64,000 bases of DNA, taken from the NCBI GenBank assembly GCA_045646345.1, contig JAZRKN010000015.1, positions 230,346-294,345 on the forward strand. The letters are read 5' to 3'. The first letter of the stretch is position 1, and every line of letters begins with the position of its first letter. Shown here in pieces: positions 38,502 to 49,200 of the stretch. The notes beneath the pieces were generated by a model. It had not been told where the DNA came from. It did no database searches and worked only from the letters and a program-made list of their open reading frames with translations. Origin of the DNA: Candidatus Scatovivens sp. Lineage in GTDB: Bacteria > Bacillota > Clostridia > TANB77 > CAG-508. Both the position numbers and the translations under genes were made by a program.

Positions 38502-39488
38502 TTATCTATAATCTTTATCATCATCTTCTTTAACTTGATTTGTCTTTTCTTCAGCTTCATTTCCTTTAGTTGAATAAATTAAATCATCTGCTTTTGTTGT
38601 TTCAGATCTATATTTAATATCAAATCCACTTCTTTCATAAATCGCTTTATATTTTTCAGCAACATTTTCTCTCCAGTTAGGATCTACTAATTTATCAAAT
38701 TGAATTGCAAATGCAATATCTCCTTGTTCAAAATCTTCTTTTGTAATTGTTTCTTTTGTAATTGTTTCTTTGGTAATTGTTTCTTTTGTTATTTGCCTTT
38801 CTGGATTTTCTCTAGTTAATTCCCCATCTTTCATAATAGCAATTGGTTGTAATCCAAATTTTTTAAACGCATTCATTTGTTGTGAAAATTCATCTGGAGT
38901 TAATTCTCTTAAATAACTCAAATCTATTTCTGGAATTGGCTTACCTTTTTCAATAGCATCTCTTGCTTTTTCCATAGCTTCTAGAACTCTTAAAGCTTTT
39001 TCTTGAATTTGTTTTTGTCTATCCATCGCATTTCTTTCTTCAATTTCTCTTTCTTGTATTCTTTCACTATCAGCTTTTAATATAAACAAATCTTGATTTT
39101 GTTCTTGATCTTGAATTCTATCTTCTTCTCTTTCTTGTTCTCTTTCTTCAATTTCTTCTATTAATTCTGGATCTAATCCAGCTTCTAATAATGCTTCTTT
39201 AATTTTCTTTTTTAACACTACTTTGAAATAATCTTTTAGTCCTTCTAAATCTTTTATATTTCTTTTGGCTTTAATAGCTTTTAATTTTTCTGATAAGTCT
39301 TGAGCATCTGATAATCCAATAGACATTGCCATTTTATTTGTTGCAAGACTAATAACCTCTGCTACTTCTTTATCAGTTGCAGAAGCTGTATATCCATCAC
39401 CAAATGATGTTATGATACCATACGCTTGACGATTAAGCTGTGGCATATTTTGAATTTCTTCTGGTCTTAATTTTCTTTGAATTACCAT
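38502..39488 (-). CDS. Hypothetical charged coiled-coil protein with ITKET repeats
   Basis: ORF track, GAAGGAG RBS. Confidence 0.75.
   Translation of the reverse strand: MVIQRKLRPEEIQNMPQLNRQAYGIITSFGDGYTASATDKEVAEVISLATNKMAMSIGLSDAQDLSEKLKAIKAKRNIKDLEGLKDYFKVVLKKKIKEALLEAGLDPELIEEIEEREQEREEDRIQDQEQNQDLFILKADSERIQEREIEERNAMDRQKQIQEKALRVLEAMEKARDAIEKGKPIPEIDLSYLRELTPDEFSQQMNAFKKFGLQPIAIMKDGELTRENPERQITKETITKETITKETITKEDFEQGDIAFAIQFDKLVDPNWRENVAEKYKAIYERSGFDIKYRSETTKADDLIYSTKGNEAEEKTNQVKEDDDKDYR
38736..38792. repeat. 15-bp in-frame tandem repeat (~3.8 copies)
   Basis: Unit TTCTTTTGTAATTGT, encoding (T)ITKE. Confidence 0.9.
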
Positions 39489-39675
39489 TTTTACTCCTTC
39501 CTATAGATATATTATACCATATTTATCTATATTTCTCAAGGTTATAATTTTTATTTTTGCTTATATTTCAATATTTTCAAACCAATTTTATTAAAAATAA
39601 AATATCTATTAAAATTCTATTTTTTTATTACAGTTCATATACTTATAAAAATAACTTTATAGGAGTTTTCTAACC

Positions 39676-41011
39676 TTGAAAAGATTTAAATTTTTTATTT
39701 TTAATACATCATTTTTAATAATAACATCACTAATTTTCAGAGGAATCGATATCTATTTTACAGCTTATATTTCGAAAAAAATTGGTTCTGAAATGCTCGG
39801 TGTATTTAATTTAATAATGTCTGTCTATCTATTTGGAATCACTCTTGCTACCTCAGGAATTAATCTTGCAGTAACTAGAGTAATCTCAGAAGAACTTGCT
39901 TTAGATAATCCAGGTCGGAATAAAAAAAGTAATAAAAAAATGTCTTTATATCACTTTAATCACAAGTTGTTTTACCAGCCTTATCTTCTGGGCTAATACA
40001 GATTTTATTATTGAAAAATGTCTACACGGAAAAGGATCAAAATCAATCGTACATTTATTTTGTTTAGCACTACCACCTATTTCAATGTCATCTGCAATTT
40101 CTGGTTATTTTGCTGGAGTCAGAAGAATTTACAAAAATGCTATCGGTCAATTTATAGAACATGTATCTAAAGTAATAATAACAATGTTTATAATAAACAT
40201 ATACTTACCATCAGGAATAGAGTACGCTTGTTTTTCTCTTATTTTAGGAGATTTAATTTCTGAAATAATATCATTTTTATACATATACATTGTTTTTCTT
40301 TTGGATAAAAATAGATATTCATCTTTACCAGAACTTGCAAAAGAAAAACATTATACTCATCGCTTACTTAGAATCTCAATTCCTATTGCAATAACTTCTT
40401 ACATAAGATCAGGACTATCAACTTTTAAACAATTAATCATTCCATCTAGTCTTCAAAAAAGTGGAATAAATTCTAGTGAATCACTTTCTAAATATGGAAT
40501 TATAAATGGAATGGCACTTCCCATAATTTTGTTCCCAGACATCTTAGTTAAATCATTTGCCAGTCTTTTAATACCAGAATTTGCAAGATATCATGCCAAA
40601 CAAGATTATAAAAAAGCAAAAAAAATGACTACACTACTCCTATTTTTAATTGGTGGAACTGCAACTCTTCTTAGCTTAATATTATTTATATTTTCTGATT
40701 TTTTAGCATTAAAGCTTTATAAAGATATTGCTGTTTCACAATATATAAAAATATTAGCACCACTCGCAACTTTTATCTATGTAGACACTGTTGTCGATAG
40801 TATATTAAGAGGATTAGATGCACAAGTTGGTGTTATGATAATAAACATATTTGATTTAGTAATTAGCACTTCATTCATATATTTCTTTGTTCCAAAGCTT
40901 GGACTGAGTGGTTATTTAATTTCTATATATATGAGCGAAATATTAAACTTTGTTGTAAGTCTTGCTCAACTAATAAAAATACTATATTTATCAAAGAAAA
41001 AGCTAGCGTAG
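39676..41011 (+). pseudogene. spoVB: SpoVB-like polysaccharide/lipid II flippase split by a single +1 frameshift near 39910-39930
   Basis: N-terminal ORF (LATSGINLAVTRVISEELA) and C-terminal ORF (SAISGYF, DSILRGL) join seamlessly if one base is skipped. Confidence 0.75.
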
Positions 41012-41031
41012 GATAATTCCTACGCTAGCTT
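41000..41031. terminator. Hairpin between convergent genes
   Basis: 14-bp inverted repeat AAGCTAGCGTAGGA/TCCTACGCTAGCTT. Confidence 0.8.
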
Positions 41032-41037
41032 AATTAA

Positions 41038-43464
41038 TTATCTATCATCTCTTTCCTCTTCAACTTCTGCTGAAGTACCTTCTGGTAATTGTTTTATTGC
41101 TTTTCTGAAAAATATCTTACCAATCTTACTTTCTTTTACTGTTCTTATAAAATCCATCATAAAGCTACTTTTTTCTTTAAACTTATCAATTGTCTGTCCT
41201 TGCACTTCTATTAATTTATCTTTAGCTGCAATAGTTGCTTTTAAAGTTTCAATTTCATTTCTTAACGCTTCATTTTCTAAAAGAACATTTTCATGATTAT
41301 TTTCTGTTTCATATTCTTGTACAAACTCTTCTCTAAACTTATCCACTCCTGTTCCTAGCAACACTTGTACTTTTAATACACTATTCAAATCATTTCTTTT
41401 TAATAATTCGTTTAATTCTCTTTTTTGAGCTTCAGTTAATCTAGGAAATGGAATATATACTTTTCCATTTTCGGAATTATATATATCATTTAAACTTTGT
41501 GGACATTGTTGAACTATATTTTCATATTTTTCTTCTGGACTCCCTTGAGGATAATGTGTTCCAAAAAGTTCCATATATCCATCTATTCCAATATTAATTG
41601 CAGACCCATTTGCTGTTTTATTCAAGAAAAACACCATGTTTTTTCCATGTTTTAAAAGTTGTATTGCATTTAAAGATTTTAAATTATATATTTTTTGTTT
41701 TCTTTCTAAAAATTTACTCATCGTTTTAACTAATACATCAGAATCAATCTCATAAGGAATGGTTCTTATTTTTGTTAATTTGTCTCTAAAACTATCGCAA
41801 ACTTTTTTATATAAACCTATATAATGTTCGTCAGCTATACCTAAATAATTTCCAATAAAATCTTCAATGCTACCATTAGGATTTTCTTTAAAATATTCAA
41901 AATAACGTTCTATAAATGTTTCAAAGTTTTCATATGTATTACTATTATCTCTTCCTTTTGGTAATTCTTCATAATCATTTCTAACTTTGTATAATTCATC
42001 GCTTATATTAAAATCATTTTGAAGTAAATTTTCTATAATAGACTCAGAATACGATATTGAATTTCTCACATCATCCCATATTTTAGAAGAAACTCCTTTA
42101 TCATCTCCATTCTCACATAATGTTTTTAAATTTTCCTCTAAATTTTTTCTATTACTATTTTTAAGTATAACCTTTTTCCCACAATACTCAAAACTCATTT
42201 TATAATATTTAATTGCAGAAATTATTCTCGTTTTCCTAATATCAGTTATTGGTCTTGGATCACCTTTTGGAGAATTATTCCATTCTTTTTTTAGTTTTCT
42301 TTGAATTTCTCCTTTTAAGCCTGTAAACTCTTCTCCATTTAATGCGTTATCATCAGAAAGAAAATCCGTATTTAATAAAGTGTCTTTTATATCTCTTATA
42401 AACGCTTCTCTAGTTTTTATAAAGTTAGTTTCTAATTCTTGACTTAATCTTTCTCTTAATTCTTCTCTTTTTCTTAAAAATTCTGGATTAATATACATAT
42501 TAAGAATATTTGATTCATATTCTTCAATATTCTTAGCATATTTATTTAACATTTCCCTAGATAACATTATAAGTTCAATTCTATCATCTTGATTTTCTAC
42601 ATTTAAATTTTCAATTCTTTCTTTAAACAACTTATATGAACTTTCATAATCAATCTCCTCACCATTCTCTTTCATTTTTACAACTTCAATTTGATTATCA
42701 GAAGAAAGTAATTCATTTATTTCTTTTACTTTTTCAAAAGTTAAATCAAATAATTCATTAAGCATTCCTGTTGTATACAATTGTTCTATAACTTCTAATA
42801 ATAATTCTTTTTGTGCAATTAATCTTTTAACTTGATTTTCCTTGTCATTTTTTTCATCTATAGTTACTATATCGTTAGAATCAAATGATGGTGATATATA
42901 TTTTAAAATACTTTCAATTTTTGTATTAAAAAGTGGATTTTCTTCTAATTCAATTTCAAAAAATCTATTTTTATAATATTCACCATAATTTGAAAATAAA
43001 AATTCATCCCATTCTTCTTTTGTTAAATTTAAAACTGCTGGTGGAGATATATAATTTCCATTTCTTATTTCTTGTTTTACAATCTGTAATACAGCTTCTT
43101 TATCAATTTTTCCTTCCAAATAAGATTTTCCCAATTTGGCAGAATTCATCTGCTCAGCAACATATATATCATAATCCGCAGTATATTTTGCTGCGGTGTC
43201 ACAGAATTTATAATATTCTTCTTCCCCAATTAATTCTTTTATTTGAGGATGATGATACCAATCCCTCTCATACAGCAAATTAAAGGCACTTTTCACTTCC
43301 TCAGCCCACTTGCTTTTAAATTCTTTATCTAAGGCATCTAATGGATATGGGTAATACGCTCTAGAAAGTTCTTGCATTAGCATAAATTCAACCTTCTTCT
43401 TTCTAGTTCTTTCTTGAGCTATTTGATTAATTTTTTCTAAATTAGCTTGATTGGTTTGTGCCAT
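41038..43464 (-). CDS. Large hypothetical helical protein with C-terminal coiled coil
   Basis: ORF track; probable ATG at 43464 after AAGGTGG; no recognisable domain. Confidence 0.75.
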   Translation of the reverse strand: MAQTNQANLEKINQIAQERTRKKKVEFMLMQELSRAYYPYPLDALDKEFKSKWAEEVKSAFNLLYERDWYHHPQIKELIGEEEYYKFCDTAAKYTADYDIYVAEQMNSAKLGKSYLEGKIDKEAVLQIVKQEIRNGNYISPPAVLNLTKEEWDEFLFSNYGEYYKNRFFEIELEENPLFNTKIESILKYISPSFDSNDIVTIDEKNDKENQVKRLIAQKELLLEVIEQLYTTGMLNELFDLTFEKVKEINELLSSDNQIEVVKMKENGEEIDYESSYKLFKERIENLNVENQDDRIELIMLSREMLNKYAKNIEEYESNILNMYINPEFLRKREELRERLSQELETNFIKTREAFIRDIKDTLLNTDFLSDDNALNGEEFTGLKGEIQRKLKKEWNNSPKGDPRPITDIRKTRIISAIKYYKMSFEYCGKKVILKNSNRKNLEENLKTLCENGDDKGVSSKIWDDVRNSISYSESIIENLLQNDFNISDELYKVRNDYEELPKGRDNSNTYENFETFIERYFEYFKENPNGSIEDFIGNYLGIADEHYIGLYKKVCDSFRDKLTKIRTIPYEIDSDVLVKTMSKFLERKQKIYNLKSLNAIQLLKHGKNMVFFLNKTANGSAINIGIDGYMELFGTHYPQGSPEEKYENIVQQCPQSLNDIYNSENGKVYIPFPRLTEAQKRELNELLKRNDLNSVLKVQVLLGTGVDKFREEFVQEYETENNHENVLLENEALRNEIETLKATIAAKDKLIEVQGQTIDKFKEKSSFMMDFIRTVKESKIGKIFFRKAIKQLPEGTSAEVEEERDDR

Positions 43465-43527
43465 TTTTTCCACCTTTTTAAATAATATATATGTAATTGT
43501 ATCAATAATCATTTTTCATATCAATAT

Positions 43528-44223
43528 TTATTCAATAAAATTAAATGTATCATCAGCCTCATCCATTCCTTCTAGGTTATAATATGTATCTGGAACTTCT
43601 CCTACAATAATAGCTTCTGATATCAAAACATCAGTATTAATATCTCTTCCAAATGCAGAAAATGGCGTTAAAATACCAACTCTTGCATCAATCTTTAAAT
43701 AAATTCTATGGTGTGTCTGATTAATACCTACTGACTTAAATTCACTCCTTACAATAGATTTTATATTCCCTGCACTTTCAAGTTCTATTTCAAATTTAGG
43801 TTCTACATTTTTTAGCATACTTATTCCACTTACACTACCCATATTTATAAACACTGTAATTCTTGGAATTTTATCAAACTCTTTTTGTATATTAGAATTA
43901 ATTTCAGATACTATTTCATTTATATATACAGAATTAGCTTCTATTAAACTAATACGTCCATTAACATCTTTATCTATTGTAATCAGATCATTATATGTAT
44001 ATTTTTTCATAACCTTATTTACTTCATCATTAATTATCTTATTCCCTTTTGACGATGCTGCAGTTTCACATGATGATTTAAAAACAGGAAATGCACTTTT
44101 TAAAAATAATACAATACTTAACACTATAGTAAAAAAAGCAATCAATAAAATAGCTTTAACACTATTTAATTTTCTAATATTTGGAAATTTAAATCTCCAT
44201 CTTGAATATAACTTATCCATCAA
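43528..44223 (-). CDS. yunB: Sporulation protein YunB
   Basis: FKSVGINQTHHRIYL, EAIIVGEVPDTYYNL. Confidence 0.93.
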   Translation of the reverse strand: MMDKLYSRWRFKFPNIRKLNSVKAILLIAFFTIVLSIVLFLKSAFPVFKSSCETAASSKGNKIINDEVNKVMKKYTYNDLITIDKDVNGRISLIEANSVYINEIVSEINSNIQKEFDKIPRITVFINMGSVSGISMLKNVEPKFEIELESAGNIKSIVRSEFKSVGINQTHHRIYLKIDARVGILTPFSAFGRDINTDVLISEAIIVGEVPDTYYNLEGMDEADDTFNFIE

Positions 44224-44286
44224 ACCTCTTCATTTTTCTTTTTTATTTATATTGATATTAATAAAATAAAAAGACGGTCTCCCGTC

Positions 44287-45753
44287 TTATCTCATAATAT
44301 AAAGTCTATCTCCAACTTGTATCTTTTCTGGATTTTCTAAATTATTTAAAGAAACAACATCTTCCATTGGTACTTTAAATCTTTTAGCAATCTCCCATAC
44401 AGAATCTCCTGGTTTTACAAAATACATAAACATTTTATAATCATTTTCTTCTTCCACATCAGTGCAAGAAACGTTTTCAATAACCGAAATATTCTTTAAA
44501 GAAGAATTTGTATCTCTTGCTAGAATTTCGATGTCGCAATTCACATTTTCATTACTAACTGTGAATTGTTTATTTGTAATTATTAATTCTACATTTTCCG
44601 GAATTTGAGATTTTACTACAAAAGGAAAGCTTGCATTTTTTACATTCAATCCGTTTCTATTATCTGCCTCATAATAAATATCAAGTCCCATTTCACATTC
44701 TAAATTATATGAATTTCCCACTTGAGTTTTATTAATAATTTTTGGACTTAATGTAACATCTAAAACATTTAAAATATCTTCTACTGATATTCTTTCATTT
44801 ACATTAATAGTATTATTCTTTGGTATTGTAGAAAGTTCTACTTCCACATCTTTTTTTGAAAATTCAATATTATTTTTTAGTCCATACATATCTTGAACAA
44901 CATCAATTAATTTTGATTCATAAGCAACTGCCAAAACATCAAATTCGATTTGACATGTAATCAAATTTTTATTAGGCTTAAATATCATGTTTCTGATAGT
45001 ATAACTTACCTCACAAGTATTTGAGTCATTTATTTTATCTAAGTCAATAAAACTCATAATCGGAAGGTTAGCTTTAGTTACTCCTATTCTTCCATCTTCT
45101 GAAAGAAAGATTATTTTAACATTAGCATCTGCTTTTGCTAAAATTTTGTTGTAGCTAATTTTGTTTTCCAAATTGGATATACTAACATCTACCTTTAATA
45201 TTTCAGCAACAGTATAAGAATTATCTACTGCTATATCTTCTTTTACTGTTGTCTTTACTTTATTTGTTCCAATAACAGATTTAATACTTAAATTTTCTTT
45301 TAATAACTCTATGTTATTTAATTCATTAAAATCATTATTAATTTCTATCTCACTTTTTTCATAGATTTCACATTTAATTTTTAAGCTTGCCTTTACTGAA
45401 ATTTTTCTTTCATTTAATATTTTTGTTTCTATTTTTTCTAAAATAACCTTTTGTTTTATAAAAGAGTTTTCTGTTATATTTTTTTCTTCAATACTTTCTG
45501 AAAAAGATAATGTTGTTTGTATACTTCTTGTTTCTCCTGTATCTGATAAATACACAATATATGTATCTATATTTCCGTCTAATCTAATTCTTGAATTTGC
45601 TATATCTTCTTTATAAATATAAGGAATCCCATTTGTATTTATTATATTTAAAATATCTGGCTTAATATCAGGAACAATAATATCTCCTGCAACCTCTATT
45701 GTTCTTTGAGCACTTCCTATTTTTTTATTTATTACTACCGCAGTTTTTTCCAT
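44287..45753 (-). CDS. sipL: SipL-like spore coat assembly protein (DUF3794/SPOCS repeats + LysM)
   Basis: GDIIVPDIKPDI; C-terminal LysM YFVKPGDSVWEIAKRF. Confidence 0.85.
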   Translation of the reverse strand: MEKTAVVINKKIGSAQRTIEVAGDIIVPDIKPDILNIINTNGIPYIYKEDIANSRIRLDGNIDTYIVYLSDTGETRSIQTTLSFSESIEEKNITENSFIKQKVILEKIETKILNERKISVKASLKIKCEIYEKSEIEINNDFNELNNIELLKENLSIKSVIGTNKVKTTVKEDIAVDNSYTVAEILKVDVSISNLENKISYNKILAKADANVKIIFLSEDGRIGVTKANLPIMSFIDLDKINDSNTCEVSYTIRNMIFKPNKNLITCQIEFDVLAVAYESKLIDVVQDMYGLKNNIEFSKKDVEVELSTIPKNNTINVNERISVEDILNVLDVTLSPKIINKTQVGNSYNLECEMGLDIYYEADNRNGLNVKNASFPFVVKSQIPENVELIITNKQFTVSNENVNCDIEILARDTNSSLKNISVIENVSCTDVEEENDYKMFMYFVKPGDSVWEIAKRFKVPMEDVVSLNNLENPEKIQVGDRLYIMR

Positions 45754-45826
45754 AAAAAAATCCTCCTTAAATGATATCTTTCTATACCATTTATATGAGG
45801 ATAAACAAAAAAAATACCTAAATATT

Positions 45827-46156
45827 TTAGGTATTTTCTACTGTCTCTGCAATTTCTGCATGAGCTCTTGTTTTCTTAATTTCTAATTGTGGTTGTACTA
45901 ATGGTTCATAGCTTTCTCCATTGTACATACTAACTTCTACTGATCTAGTAAATAAATCTGTATAATTGTAAGATCCCACTCTATTTGCATCTTCAAATTT
46001 TACTCTGAAGTAACTATTATATACATTTTCAATTACCGCTGCTTTTTCTTGTGGTTTGCTTCTTTTCCCTGGTGACTCTTTTATTATAATTTTTTGTCCT
46101 ATGTTATCTCCAATATTTTTTCTTAAGTCTGCAATTTCAGATCTGTAAATTCCCAT
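45827..46156 (-). CDS. veg: Veg family protein
   Basis: GQKIIIKESPGKR, IENVYNSYF, SYNYTDLFTRSVEV; promoter TTGACA-17-TATAAG at 46193-46221. Confidence 0.88.
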   Translation of the reverse strand: MGIYRSEIADLRKNIGDNIGQKIIIKESPGKRSKPQEKAAVIENVYNSYFRVKFEDANRVGSYNYTDLFTRSVEVSMYNGESYEPLVQPQLEIKKTRAHAEIAETVENT

Positions 46157-46313
46157 TTTCCATCACCCTACTTCTTTCGATTTGTTGTCCTTCTTATATC
46201 ACGGTTCTTTCAAATTGTCAAAAGCCGTCGAGTGAACTTTTTCTTTTGTTTTCAGCCTGCATCAAGACTTACAAGACACTTCGATACTTATTTATCATTT
46301 AAATTACTTCTTT

Positions 46314-46330
46314 GTTACATAATGATTACA
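46314..46330 (-). promoter_or_regulatory. WalR-type direct repeat upstream of veg
   Basis: TGTAAT-CATTA-TGTAAC, exact TGTWAH-N5-TGTWAH. Confidence 0.45.
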
Positions 46331-46349
46331 ATCCATTTTTACATTCATT

Positions 46350-46625
46350 TCAAGCCTTTTTAGCCAGTTCACTTTTTTCGTGACTGTATTTTAATTTGGT
46401 TGCCATCCCACCTCTTATGTGCCTTTCAGCTTTATTTTTATCTAGCACTTTTCTAACTTCCATAGCTAATGAATAATTAATTTTAAGTAATCTTTGACTA
46501 ACGTCTTTATGTATTGAACTTTTACTTATTCCAAATTTTTTAGCTGCTCCTCTAACGGTATCTTCTGTCTCAATTATATACTCTGCAACTTTAATTGCAC
46601 GTTCTTCTATCGATAAACCTTTCAT
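46350..46625 (-). CDS. spoIIID: Stage III sporulation transcription regulator SpoIIID
   Basis: IEERA...TVRGAAKKFGISKSSIHKD...NKAERHIRGGMATKLKY. Confidence 0.97.
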   Translation of the reverse strand: MKGLSIEERAIKVAEYIIETEDTVRGAAKKFGISKSSIHKDVSQRLLKINYSLAMEVRKVLDKNKAERHIRGGMATKLKYSHEKSELAKKA

Positions 46626-46779
46626 AAATAAGAAAACCTCCAACTGAATAACTTTGTGTTACAAGTGTATTCAGCTAAAGGTCGTACTAGAACAATCTAT
46701 TTTTTAATGTAAAACCTTATAAAAATGCTCGAGGGCTACTAGGTGAAATTTCACCCAGCAGCCCAGCCAAACCTAGTGT

Positions 46780-48924
46780 TTATTTAAAGAGTCCACTTAT
46801 AAACTCAAGTAAATTGAATTCTGAATAGATACATACAAAGATGATAGACACCGTACTCATAATTTTGATCAGAATATCAAGAGACGGTCCAACAGTGTCT
46901 TTTAAGGGATCACCAACCGTGTCACCTACAACTGCAGCATGATGTTCAGGAGTTCCTTTTCTGCCAAGAGATTCGATATATTTCTTAGCATTATCCCAAG
47001 CACCACCACTATTGCCACAGAATACAGCAAGCATAATGGCAGCAACAGTTGCACCCATAAGAAGTCCTGCAACGAACTCTGGTCCGAAAATAAAACCACA
47101 TGCAATCGGTACCAAAACGGAAATAATTGCTGGTGCTCTCATCTCGGCGAGTGCACCTCTTGTTGCAATTTCGACACAGCGTTTGTAATCAGGTTTTGCA
47201 GTTCCTTCCTTAAGACCTCTAATCTTTCTGAACTGTCTTCTAACTTCTGCAACCATTTTCTGAGCAGAATTAGATACAGCTTCGATAAGCTGACCAGAGA
47301 AGAAGAAAGTAAGTGCAGCGCCTGCAAACATACCTACCAAAACCAGAGGATCCAAAAGATTAAGAACCACTTCTTCATGAACAGGTGTGAATGTGTACAA
47401 GTAAGAAATCATCAAAGATACTGTTGCAAATGCAGCAGAACCAATTGCAAATCCCTTACCAATTGCAGCAGTTGTATTACCAACAGCATCAAGCTTATCA
47501 GTAATTGCTCTTACATCATCACCCAGACCACTCATTTCTGCAATACCACCAGCATTGTCACTAATAGGTCCATAAGTATCAACAGATACAGTAATAGACA
47601 CAAAGGACAACATACCAACTGCAGCCATTGCAACGCCGAATGTTCCAGAGAAAAGATTTGCAACTAACAAAGCGATGCCAAGAGTTAAAACTGTAAGCAG
47701 AGTAGATTTCATACCTACAGAAAGTCCTTCGGTAATTGTAATTGCAGCACTGTTCTTGCAAGCTTCTGCAAGTTTTTTAGTCGGCTTGTAATCATAGCTT
47801 GTATAATACTCACTAATCATACCGATAACAATACCACATACAATACCTGCTACTGCGGAAAACCACGGCGACATAAATCCTGCCGCAAACGGCAAATCAC
47901 CCATAGGCTTTCCATAAAACATAATCACAGATGCCACTGCAGATGCTACTGCAGTAAAACCAGCCGCGAGCCAAGTGCCATGGTTCATTACTTTGTGAGG
48001 ATCTTTTACGTTCTTTCTGGTAAAGATATATGCCAATCCTACCAGACATCCGAAAAGACCTACTGCACCAACAATAATCGGGAACATATACAGACTTTCA
48101 AAAAGCTCAGGGCTAAATACCAAGTCCTTTGCCTTATAGGTAATGAACAGATGGAAAACAAGTACGATGCCACTTACGATAGCACCCATATAAGATTCCA
48201 AAAGGTCAGAACCAAGTCCAGCAGTATCACCTACATTATCACCAACGCAGTCAGCGATAACTGCAGGATTTCTAGGATCATCTTCTGGAATGTTCTCTTC
48301 TGTCTTACCAACCAAGTCTGCACCCATGTCAGCTGCTTTTGTGTAAATACCACCACCAACACGGTTAAACATTGCAACAATGGAACAACCAAGTGCATAA
48401 GACGTCAATGTCATAGAAAACGGTACAAAAGAAATACCACACCAATTTTCTACGCCTCTAAGATCTGCAATCTGGCCTCTATAGATAAAAAATACTAAGA
48501 GCAAACCAATAAGTGCAAAACTACTGACACAAAGTCCCATTACTGAGCCACCACGAAGAGCGACTTTTAAAGTTGAACCAATGTTTTTAGTTTTTCTTGC
48601 TTCGTTTGTTACTCTAACATTGGCATATGTTGCCATCTTCATTCCGACATATCCTGCAACACCACTCATCGTTACACCGATTAAAAATGCTATTGCACTA
48701 GATGAGGAAATAAATACTGCAAACAATATCGCCAAAACCAGAACAACTGGAATAAGGATTTTGTACTCGTTCATTAAGAACGTGTTTGCGCCAACCCGAA
48801 TAGCTTTCGCTATTTCTACCATTTTAGGGGTTCCCTCAGGAAGTTGCCTGACCTTCTTGTAATTGTATGCCGCATACACCACCCCCAAAGCGGCAATTAT
48901 TAATACTGCCAACAACGCTGTCAT
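46780..48924 (-). CDS. hppA: Membrane-bound K+-dependent (probably Na+-translocating) pyrophosphatase
   Basis: GGIYTKAADMGADLVGK, DNVGD, DAVGNTTAA (Ala = K+-dependent), GDTVGDPLKDT. Confidence 0.96.
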   Translation of the reverse strand: MTALLAVLIIAALGVVYAAYNYKKVRQLPEGTPKMVEIAKAIRVGANTFLMNEYKILIPVVLVLAILFAVFISSSSAIAFLIGVTMSGVAGYVGMKMATYANVRVTNEARKTKNIGSTLKVALRGGSVMGLCVSSFALIGLLLVFFIYRGQIADLRGVENWCGISFVPFSMTLTSYALGCSIVAMFNRVGGGIYTKAADMGADLVGKTEENIPEDDPRNPAVIADCVGDNVGDTAGLGSDLLESYMGAIVSGIVLVFHLFITYKAKDLVFSPELFESLYMFPIIVGAVGLFGCLVGLAYIFTRKNVKDPHKVMNHGTWLAAGFTAVASAVASVIMFYGKPMGDLPFAAGFMSPWFSAVAGIVCGIVIGMISEYYTSYDYKPTKKLAEACKNSAAITITEGLSVGMKSTLLTVLTLGIALLVANLFSGTFGVAMAAVGMLSFVSITVSVDTYGPISDNAGGIAEMSGLGDDVRAITDKLDAVGNTTAAIGKGFAIGSAAFATVSLMISYLYTFTPVHEEVVLNLLDPLVLVGMFAGAALTFFFSGQLIEAVSNSAQKMVAEVRRQFRKIRGLKEGTAKPDYKRCVEIATRGALAEMRAPAIISVLVPIACGFIFGPEFVAGLLMGATVAAIMLAVFCGNSGGAWDNAKKYIESLGRKGTPEHHAAVVGDTVGDPLKDTVGPSLDILIKIMSTVSIIFVCIYSEFNLLEFISGLFK

Positions 48925-49200
48925 AGTTTTAGTCTCCTTTACTCACTTTTCAAATTTTTAGTTACTGTTTTGTCCATTTTGGACGAGCTACCTCTTTGTT
49001 ACCTCTAATCATACCTCCTTTACTTTTTTGATAATATTTCGCAGCCGAAATATTCCATCTATATAAAAGCTCTAAACATGAGCTGTCAGCTGCATTTTAC
49101 CACATTTTTCCTTTTTTTACAATTGTTTGACCCAATTATGTAGTCTTTTTGTAAAAAAACAAGTACAAAACTATTAGTTTTGTACTTGTTTTTAAATATA

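Noticed and set aside
46939-48862. Long + strand ORFs (e.g. 242 aa, 172 aa) inside hppA, and similar antisense ORFs such as 14054-14704, 14732-15268 and 5982-6404
   Set aside because: Shadow ORFs opposite well-supported genes, with no RBS or recognisable motifs
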